In this document: positions 1-45,600 of the stretch, piece after piece | Numbering within the stretch: the first letter of the stretch is position 1 | Layout: each line of letters opens with the position of its first letter | NCBI RefSeq assembly: GCF_963506605.1 | Contig: NC_083277.1 | Coordinates: 12,710,001-12,774,000, forward strand | Origin: Zootoca vivipara | Taxonomy: Eukaryota | DNA length: 64,000 bases | Direction of reading: 5' to 3' | Position numbers and translations under genes: made by a program | The notes under the pieces: generated by a model | What the model was told of the DNA's origin: nothing | Databases searched by the model: none | The model's input: the letters and a program-made list of their open reading frames with translations, nothing else

Positions 1-246
1 AGGGCTGGGGGAATATATCGATATATCGTCCAAAACTGGTTTGAAGTCCGTATTGTGTTATCGGCTCATAATTTTTGACTTGGCAAAACACAAACCATGA
101 TGTGTGTGTGTGTGTGTGATGCAGGAAAAACCGTTAAGCCGGCCAAGGCCTCTGTCTTATTTCAGACACCGTGATACGTTGGCATATTGCAATGTTTGGC
201 TGGTGATATATTGCAACGTTGACAACCAGAATATCCCCCAGCCCTA
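1..246. mobile_element. TIR element (hAT-like); a partial reverse copy lies at ~9300-9667
   Basis: Ends agggctgggggaatat / atatcccccagcccta; the same internal sequence occurs inverted near 9600-9667. Confidence 0.7.
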
Positions 247-272
247 GTCTCCACCCCCTTAGCTCCCCTTAC

Positions 273-1319
273 TTTCAGCTTCCCTTCCAGCGTGCGAGAG
301 CGCTTGAACCCCGAGTTCTTGTTCTCGGCTTTGATAGCGCTGATGGCCCCCGTTTTCACGAGCATCTTGGCTTGCTCCGTCGCTGTGGCTGTGTCCACTA
401 CCGGCTGGTCAGAGATGGCTGCAAAGTGGGCAGAATAAATGCAAGAGTGTGTCCCAAGTGTTGGTGGGCGTAGGTGCACCCTACTCCACTCCCACCACCT
501 CCCTTGGTGGAAATCCAACTTACAGCGTTTAATTCCTCCCTGGCTGGCTTGGCTGGTTGAACTCTGCTGCTTCTTCAAGGCCATGAGGGCCTTTTTCTGG
601 GGAGGAACAACAACGGCAACCATATTTAACGTGGCATCTCCAACCCTATTTCCCTCCCTTCCCTTCTCTTAGACCCTGTCTTCTTCTGTCGTCATCTACC
701 AACAGGTGACCCTGTGGTTCTCAAGAAGTTGCTGCGCTACAACTCCCCATCATCCCAGAGACATCTGGTTGTCCACTGTGAGAACAGGGTGCTGGACTAG
801 ATGGGCCCCCGTGACACACGAGAGGGAACGAGCTTGTTTTCTCCTGCTCTGCAGGGTAGGGCTTGAACCAATGGCTTCAAGCTACAAGAAAGGAGATTCT
901 GACTACGCATCTGGCAGCAAGTGAAACGATCTCCCTTGGGAGCTTGTGGGCTCTCCTTCCTTTGGTTTTTAAGCAGAGGTTGGATGCCCATCTGTCATGC
1001 ATGCGTTTCTTTAGATTCCTGCATTGCAGCGGGTTGGACTAGATGACCCTTGGGGATCCTTCCAACTCTATGATTGTATTATTATATGATCCACCAAGCG
1101 TCTTTCTATTCTTGTGTCTGATTGTTGGCCACGCTGGCTGGGACTGGGTGGACCAATGGCCTTGAACAGCCAACAACAACTTGATTTGGCCTGGCCTGCC
1201 TAGGGTGGAATCTACCCCTCGACATCAACAAAAAGGAGTCTGACCTTTTTCTTGAGTTTGGCAAACTTCTTCTGCAGAGCCTCCTCTTCGTCCGTCAGTC
1301 CTGGGGGAAGGACAATCAT
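273..1319 (-). CDS. NELFE: Negative elongation factor E, 5' part (gene continues off the left edge). Coding exons 1319-1245, 596-524, 418-273
   Basis: Spliced translation MIVLPPGLTDEEEALQKKFAKLKKK/KKALMALKKQQSSTSQASQGGIKR(S)/ISDQPVVDTATATEQAKMLVKTGAISAIKAENKNSGFKRSRTLEGKLK matches the recalled vertebrate NELFE N-terminus. All junctions are GT-AG with phases 0,1,0. The ATG exon spans 1341-1245. The gene lies head-to-head with SKIC2, as in human MHC class III. Confidence 0.96.
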
Positions 1320-1374
1320 GGCTGATATGCAAAGTCACCGCCTGGAAAGGGAAGACAACAAAATAGGCCATCAG

Positions 1375-1464
1375 CATAGCTGCCAAGTTATCCCTTTTTT
1401 TAAGGGAAATTCCCTTATGCTGAATAGGCTTCCTCGTGAGAAAAGGGAAAACTTGGCAGCTATG
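1375..1464. mobile_element. 90-bp hAT-type MITE (catagctgccaagtt TIR)
   Basis: Near-identical to the copies at 36062-36151 and 63339-63428; partial TSD catcag. Confidence 0.85.
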
Positions 1465-2065
1465 CATCAGCGGCAGGTTTTGGGTTGGTCAACCAACCTG
1501 GGTCCATAGCGCAAGATGGCTTCTTTCGGTTGCGGAGAAAAGGGAATTGCAAATAGGGTCTCCATATAAGCAAGAACAAATAACGCCTCCCAAGAAGGTT
1601 CTGCTGGATTAGGTTGATAGCCCATCTAGCCCAGAATTCTAGCAAGCCCATATAAAAACAGGATGTTGGGACTGGATGGGCTGCCGGCTGATCCAGCAGC
1701 CTCCCATTATTTAAAAAATCTGTAAAACTGATAGCAACCTAGAGAATAGGGCAGCTATATATATATATATTCAAGTGTCAAAAGTAGGTGTGTCTTCAGC
1801 ATTCAGCAAAAACTACTTAACGAAGGTGCCAGTTTCACCTCTGGCGGGGAGGGAATCCCACACTTTATTCCAGGTGCCATATTACATTTTCATTTTTTAA
1901 AAAGGAAGACAAATTTAAGTGGGGTCATGCCAACTACAAGCACATTTGCAGCTTCGCTTTGGACAAATATCCCACTTTTGGCAGTGTCATGGCTATGGGA
2001 GGTGGCTAGCCAGGTTTTGCTTGCCCCAGGGTGAAGCTTCCAGAGGGGCGCCATGAGGCTCCCAG

Positions 2066-2099
<34 letters not shown>

Positions 2100-2206
2100 C
2101 ATATGCACGGTGTGTGTGTGTGTGCCAAACTAAGTCTTTGACCCAGGTGCCCCTGCCTTTGGTTTCCTTTCTAGCAGGCTCTAGCTCGAGTGGCAGTAGG
2201 CATTGG

Positions 2207-2709
2207 AACAAAATAAAAAAATTCCTTGCAGTAGCACCTTAGAGACCTACTAAGTTTGTCATTGGTATGAGCTTTCATGTGCATGCACACTTCTTCAGAT
2301 ACACACGAAAGCTCATAGCAATGACAAACTTAGTTGGTCTCCAAGGTGCTACTGGAAGGAATTTTTTTTTACCAACACGGCTTACAGAAGGTCGAAGGTT
2401 TGAATCCCCGTGACGGGGTGAGCTCCTGTCGCTCGGTCCTAGCTCCTGCCAACCTAGCAGTTCGAAAGCACATCAAAGTGCAAGTAGATAAATAGGTGTA
2501 ATAGATATAATAGGAAGGTAAATGGTGTTTCCGTGTGCTGCTCTGGTTCACCAGAAGCGGCTTTGTCATGCTGGCCACATGACCTGGAAGCTGTATGCCG
2601 GCTCCCTCAGCTAATAATGCAAGATGAGCGCCGCAACCCCAGTCGGTCACGACTGGACGTAATGGTCAGGGGTCCCTTTACCTTTACCAACACGGCTACC
2701 TACCTGTAA
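2207..2709. mobile_element. Penelope-like terminal fragment in inverted arrangement, interrupted by a truncated Sauria SINE (~2384-2685)
   Basis: Inverted copies of attcctt..agtagcaccttagagacc..ctaagtttgtcattg..tatgagctttc. Outer direct repeat agtaggcattgg; inner TSD taccaacacggct. The same terminus occurs at ~6420-6512 and 28352-28450. Confidence 0.7.
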
Positions 2710-3049
2710 GTAGGCATTGGGTAAGCCTTAGTCTTGTAACTGAGGGGATGTTGTAGCCTCTGCCTGCCCCTCCATTCGAAAGGATATCCCAATAAAGGGA
2801 CTAAGGAGGAGTTGCAACAGGAACCCCTGGGGGGGTTACCCCTATTTCTCGACAGCCATAGCACTCTCACCCACCCACCCCCAGGTTAGGTTGACCCTAG
2901 AAGGCACTCCCAGCAGAAGGGCTGGAGTTGAAAATGGTATACACTATAACGCCTAAGCATCTGTAACCAATAAAGTTGTGGCCTATTCGAACCATTCTTC
3001 ACTTAACACTCGTTTTCCTGCCTGCTTATTTACTGGGGATACTTTGGAA

Positions 3050-3773
3050 TGCAACGAGCTTTGCACCAATCATATCCCTCCTTCGGCCTCCCACTCACCA
3101 GCTGCTGCACCACCTCCGCGTCCTCTTCCTGTCGCGCGAGCCTTCTCTCCCGGTACGCTCAAGACGCGCCTCTGGGACTATCCACGCAGCAGGAAGAAGT
3201 CTCTACGTATATTTGCATAAGCTACCCAGCAACGCGAAGCCCATTGGCTGACTGGAAAGGCGGGCCGCGATGAAAGGAGAGTACGCGCCCGTGTTTAAGG
3301 AGAATTTACATATCGGCCGCTCATTGGCTGAATTGCGTAGCGGGGCGGAACCACGTTCGAAACGCGAAGGGGCTCGTTCGAGCATGCGTATGACGCAGCG
3401 GCGAGACGTTTGCAATTTACAGGCCGAGCTGCGATTGGACAACAGCGGGCACCGCCTGCGTTGAAAATGGAACCAAGTGGACCCCGAAACTCTCGACTGC
3501 TCTTCCAACCGCCGCTTCCGCTTTCTTCCAACCGGGCGCTCCGCCTCTCACTGGAATTCGACCAATCCCGTGTCGGCTTCGTCGCTCGCTTCCGCTTTAC
3601 AGTGGCGAGGGGCGGCCGCTGCTTCCGCCCGGACGAGTAGCGACGGCTCCTCCCTGCCTTTGGAGCCACTTTCTGCGGTGTGGGTGAAGCTTCCGCCCTC
3701 ACCAGGTTGGGCTTGAACGAGCACTTCCGGGTTAGGAGTTGGCCACGCCCCTGGGCGAGCTGTGGAAGTGGCG

Positions 3774-3800
<27 letters not shown>
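3050..3800. promoter_or_regulatory. CpG island / bidirectional promoter for NELFE and SKIC2
   Basis: Dense CpGs. CCAAT boxes in both orientations (~3243, ~3323, ~3435, ~3562), GC box ggggcgg (~3342), ETS-type acttccgg (3723) and octamer atttgcat (3211). Lies between the divergent first exons. Confidence 0.8.
3099..3170 (-). other. NELFE: Probable non-coding exon 1 of NELFE (5' end approximate)
   Basis: Consensus minus-strand donor CTG|GTGAGT (plus-strand actcac at 3093-3098) at the edge of the CpG island. The ATG exon has its own acceptor, so an upstream exon is required. Confidence 0.55.
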
Positions 3801-40130
<36,330 letters not shown>

Positions 40131-40217
40131 GGGAGGCGGGGCGCACCTTTGGCTCAAAATGCACCTCTCTCTGCTCCTGATGTCTGAAAAGCTGTAATGC
40201 GTCTTGCAGGTATATGC

Positions 40218-40223
40218 AATAAA
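40218..40223 (+). terminator. Candidate SKIC2 polyadenylation signal AATAAA
   Basis: First AATAAA after the stop codon (about 90 nt downstream), followed by a T-rich tract. Confidence 0.65.
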
Positions 40224-41689
40224 ATATATAATTTTTTTTGCTGACTTAAGGGGAGTGGGTAAAGTTTCCTTCTGGTGCATGCAAAGGGTGAGGCTGTGTT
40301 GGGTTGGAGCCTGTTGCCGATGGAGGCCCGTACAGAGCACAGGTGACTCTCAACTTGCACGGGGGCTGCATTCTGGGGGTCGCTCCCAACAGAATATTAA
40401 AAACACGATAAAACATCAGACATTAAATACTTCCCTAAACAGGGTTGCCTTCAGATGTCTTCTAAAAGTCAGGTAGTAGTTTATTTCCTTGACTTCCACA
40501 GGGCGGGCGCCACTACCGAGAAGGCCCTCTGCCCGGTTCCCTGTAACCTCGCTTCTCGCAGTGAGGGAAATGCCAGGAAGCCCTTGGAGCTGGACCTCTG
40601 TCCAGGCTGAATGATTGGGGGGGGGGGGTGGAGACGCTCCTTCAGGTATACTGGGCTGAGGCCATTTAAGGCAGGCATAGGCAAACTCAGCCCTCCAGAT
40701 GTTTTGGGACTACAACTCCCACCATCCCTAGCTAACAAGACCAGTGGTCAGGGATGATGGGAGTTATAGTCCCAAAACCTCTGGAGGGCCAAGTTTGCCT
40801 ATGTCTGATGTAGGGCTTTAAAGGTCAGCCTAAAGCCAAAATCACGTATAGTCAAAACACATTGGGTTCAAGGGTGGGTGGGATTGCCAAATTCTCTTTT
40901 TCCAGATGCCCACCCCCATTTATTTATTTTTGCCAAAGCTGAATGCACACATTTAATGTGTGGAAGTTGCGAGTTTCCTGCTCTTTCTTTTCCCGGGCTT
41001 CCATGGCTATCAGGTCCCAGGCGGCTTATAAAAAGGCCACAGGTCTGTTTCTTCTCAGCACCAACCAAAAAACAGAAGTTCCTCATTTAGGAAAAATCCA
41101 ATGAATAACTTTAAAGAGAGAGAGAATACAGCTTCAGGATATGGGGCTTGGGGGTAACCTGGCTTGGCAGCAGCACATTTTTTTTAAAAAAGGATCTCTT
41201 CCTTGCGAGGTCAGTCGCAAGCTCCCATCAGATGTCAAGGAAATAAACAACTATCTGACTTTTAGAAGACATCTGAAGGCAGCCCTGTTTAGGGAAGTAT
41301 TTAATGTTTGATGTTTTATCGTGTTTTAAATATTTTGTTGGGAGTTTCCCAGAGTGGCTAGGGAAACCAAGCCAGATGAGAGGGGTATAAATATTATTAT
41401 TATTATTTAGCTGGACAGCACTCAAAAAAGGTGAAGGTGATTTGAGGCTGCATTAACAGAAGCGACTGTTTCACTCTTATCCTGCACTACTCAGACATTG
41501 TCTGGAGCCTCGTTGGGTCCACTGCTGGAGACTCTACTTTAAAAAAGAAGGATGTGGACAAGTTGGGTTCACGGGAGGGCAAGGAAGCCCTGTGAGAAAA
41601 GGTTGAAGGAAACTGAGCATGTTTAACCTGGAGAAGGCTGAGGGAGAAGATGCAATACTGCTTTTCAAATATCTGAAGTCTGTTGTGTA

Positions 41690-41985
41690 AAAAGGGAACC
41701 CTGAACATTAGGTCCAGTCGTGACCAACTCTGGGGTTGCGGCGCTCATCTCGCTCTATTGGCCGAGGGAGCCGGCGTACAGCTTCCAGGTCATGTGGCCA
41801 GCATGACTAAGCCGCTTTTGGTGAAACCAGAGCAGCGCACGGAAACACCGTTTATTTTCCCTATTATCTACTTGCACTTTGACGTGCTAGGTTGGCAGGA
41901 GCTGGGACAGAGCAACGGGAGCTCCCCCCGTCACGGGGATTCGAACCGCCAACCTTCTGATCAGCAAGCCCTAGGCTCTGTGGTA
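41690..41985 (-). mobile_element. Sauria SINE (reverse, partial) inside a CR1 fragment (~41430-42075)
   Basis: Reverse-complement match to the SINE body; the flanks resemble CR1 ORF2 3' sequence. Confidence 0.75.
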
Positions 41986-42234
41986 TAACTTTCTAAATAT
42001 CTTTTAAAAAATCTTTCAGGCTATTTAAATATCTGAAGGCTGTTGTGTAGAACCAGGCAAAGGCTTATTCTCTCACGTGAGCTGCCACGGATCAAACTTA
42101 CTTATTGACAAACCACCTCCCTCTATCCCCACTGTCCTTTAAGAAGCCCTTACCGATAAACCAGAGAGAGAGAGAGAGAGAGACAATCCCCTTCACTAAG
42201 CACTGCTAGGACACGTTTGTGTTTACGATAATAG

Positions 42235-42240
42235 TTTATT
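42235..42240 (-). terminator. Candidate DXO polyadenylation signal
   Basis: tttatt on the plus strand (AATAAA on minus), about 450 nt past the DXO stop. Confidence 0.45.
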
Positions 42241-42281
42241 GCCCTGTCCCTCCTTCATTGTGATGATGTGGGGGTAGGGGG

Positions 42282-42531
42282 CATACCTGCCAAGTTGCTG
42301 TCTGAGAAATAAGGGACCGGGCCAGAAGTAGCAGACCGGACGTAGCGCTGCCGCCATTTTGGAACTGGGTGGAGCATGCTCAGAAGTGACTTTTGATGCT
42401 GCTTTGCCCAGTTCCAAAATGGCCGTTGCGCCAGAATAAACCGGGGAAAAACAAAAAATTTCGTTTTTTCAGCTAAGAACAGCTGGAAAAACAGGGATTT
42501 CCCGGGGAATACGGGAGACTTGGCAGCTATG
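42282..42531. mobile_element. 250-bp relative of the catagctgccaag-TIR family, in the predicted DXO 3'UTR
   Basis: TIRs catacctgccaagt / acttggcagctatg; TSD gtaggggg / gtaggggc. Confidence 0.75.
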
Positions 42532-42692
42532 GTAGGGGCCATCCCAGGCATGTCGCTGACTTTCTGAGCACCAGGTGCCAGCCTCCTTGTGTCTGCTGTG
42601 TGTGTGTGTGTATGTGTTTAACCACCCACCCTACATTACCCACTCAAGATACAAAAAAAACATTCCAGCTTCTCCCTCCCATCTGCAGCCCA

Positions 42693-45600
42693 TCAGTCTG
42701 GGATGTGTGGAGTCGAGGGCTTCTCGCTGCTCAGCGCCTCCACGTACCAGTCAGGCAGGAAGGTGTGCTCGGAGTCCCGGTGCACCGTGAAGGAGACAGG
42801 GTGGCCAGGCTCCCAGGCAAAGAGGTGAACCAACCTGGACAAAGGAGAGAGCAGCAGGGGTACAGGTGAAACTCGGAAAAATTAGAATATCGTCGAAAAG
42901 TGCATTTATTTCAGTAATGCAACTTATCATCATTTTTTATTTTTTTATTTATTTTTAAAACTGCTTTCTTTTGGAAATTCCACAGTAATAAAACAAATAG
43001 TTACAATAATACAAAAATAAATATCACTATTTCATTTCATTAATTACATTCCATTTATAATTGACCCGCCTAACGACAAATAATTACAATTACAGTGGTA
43101 CCTCGGTTTATAAACATAATTGGTTCCGGAAGTCTGTACATAACCTGAAGCAAACTTTCCCATTGAAAGTATCTGTTCCAGACGGTCCGCGGAGTACTTA
43201 AACTGAAGCGTACTTAACCCGAGGTATGAGTGTAATTGGTTCCGGAAGTCCGTACTTAACCTGAAGCGAACTTTCCCATTGAAAGTAATGGAAAGTGGAT
43301 TAATCCGTTCCAGACAGGTCCGCAGAGTACTTAAACTGAAAATACTCAAACCGAGGCGTACTTAAACCGAGGTATGACTGTACAACAAATAAAGGCTTGA
43401 CATATCCTGCTTTGCATGTCATGCATCTATCTCATATATTGGTTTCCCCTTTTAAGTTGCATTACTGAAATTAATAATAATAACAATAATAATTTATTAT
43501 TTATACCCCGCCCATCTGGCCGGGTTCCCCCAGCCACTCTGGGCGGCTTCCAACAAAACATTAAAATACAGTGGTGCCTCGCTAGACAAATTTAATTCGT
43601 TCCACGGGTCTTTTCTTATAACGAAAAATTCGTCTAGCGAATCCCATAGGAATGCATTGAATTTTTTTTATTTAAAAAATTGCCCATAGGAACGCATTAA
43701 TTGAATTTCAATGCATTCCTATGGGAAACCGCGATTCACTAGACAAATTTTTCATAAAACGAATTCATCTAGCGAGGCAAGCTCCGCTCGAAAAATCCTT
43801 TCGTTAAGCAGAAATTTCGTTAAGCAAGGCATTCATTAAGCGAGGCACCACTGTACAGAAATCCGTCAAACATTAAAAGCTTCCCTAAACAGGGCTGCCT
43901 TGAGATGCCTTCTAAAGGTCTGGTAATTGTTCTCTTTGACCTCTGGTGGGAGGGCATTCCAAATGCACTTTTTGGTGATATTCTAATTTCCCGAGTTTCA
44001 CCTGTACAACGTGAGGTTCCTCTGGAAGGGAGACTAAGCCAAAGAGTTGCTCTCCCTTGCTAGGAGGAGGAGGCCCACATTCACTCTAGTCTTCCCATTT
44101 CGCTTTCCCTCCTATACTTAACCAGCCGTCATCAGCCTGCTCCCCCCCCCCCAGGTGTTTGGACTGCAAACACCCCCTGGCCTCAGCCACTATGGCTACT
44201 TACTTCGGATTGTCTTCGGTCACCACTTTCTTCACAAAGCCGAGGAATGCCGCGCAAAAGTTCATGCACACCGCCGGCTTCCAGCAGCCCGGGTCCTCCT
44301 GCCCAGGAGGAAGGAGGGAGGTTATTTTAGGGGTGATGCAACCTGGAACATGGGAAGCTGCCTTAGGCAGAGTCCGGCTCATCGGTCCATCTCGTTCAGC
44401 CTTCCTCAAACACAGTTCTGGTGCTGAAAGCCAGTGCCTGAGAGGAGCAGGTGTGTGTTTTCAGTTCTCAAGTGTGCACCCGACCACCTGCGCTTCCGTA
44501 CCTAAGCTACTGTTTTGTCCCGGCGTACCTTGGGAGTTCTGGCGAACAAGCAATTCATCAAGCCTGAAGCCTGCCGGCTGACTGGCTCTTACAGCAACCT
44601 CTGTGGAAGATGCACTTTCACTTTCAGCGCAGCTTCACAGGGGTTCCCTGTAACCACCGATCACCTGCAGAACCCTTATAGAGAGCCGCTCTGAAGGAAG
44701 AATTAGTGCACCAAATCCCCACCCCACCCCCCACCTTTTCCCTTGGAGCCAGGAGAGGTTAGGACGAACGGGAGGAATCCCAAGATCCCAGCCTGGCTGC
44801 CCTTCCTCCTGGGCTGGACTCACCCTAATGAGCTGGAATATCTTCATCGTCTCAAACGTCTCCAGTTCCACGATGGAGCCATCTGGCCCCCGGTACCCGG
44901 CCACGATCCGAGACACTCCGGGCAGAAAGGACTGAGCCCACCACTTGATCATCTTGTGCCTGGGAAGAAGAGAGAAGCTGGCTCATCCATTCCCCTCTGC
45001 CCGGCGTCCTCTTCGGCTGCCCTCCTTGAGATCTTGCAAGCGCTCAGTTGTCTTCCTCTCCCCGCCGCACGACCCCTGAACTTCCAGGCAATACCGGACT
45101 CCAACTTCCATCAGCCCTAGGCAGCATGGCCAATAGTCAGGCATGATGGGAATTGTAGTTCCGGAAAGTCCTTGCAGTACCTGGGGGTTTTTTTGTGGAA
45201 AGGGAGAAGTCTCCATAGTTTCCCTGCTTTTCATCTCCCCGCCCACCTCACCTGTAAAAACTCTTCCTCTGAGCAGGGCTGTGCATGACTTTGCTGGTCT
45301 TCAGCTCCACATAACAGCTTGGAGGGTCGGGCCAGGGGCTCCGGGGGTCCGTGCAGTCCACCTCTCCCGAAAACAGCAGCGAGTGGGTTCCCAGGCGGGT
45401 CCGGATCACAATGCAGAAAGCCTCGTTTGTGTTCACCACCCCCGTCGGATCCGGAGTCCCGTCCGGAGTATCTGGAGCAGACAGAAGGAGACATTTACTC
45501 CCATCTTCTGGGCAGTTCGCATTCGGGAAAGGGAAAACTCCCTGGCAAAAGACACAACACACAACTTCCGACGCCTTTATAATTCAACAGGTTATAGGTA

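Noticed and set aside
2735-3045. Possible solo LTR next to the NELFE promoter
   Set aside because: It has a TG start and an AATAAAGTTGTGGCC motif but no clear CA end or TSD; support is insufficient.
3697-3706. Alternative minus-strand donor for NELFE exon 1
   Set aside because: Weaker than the GTGAGT donor at 3093-3098 and it would place exon 1 over the SKIC2 start region; cannot be excluded without RNA data.
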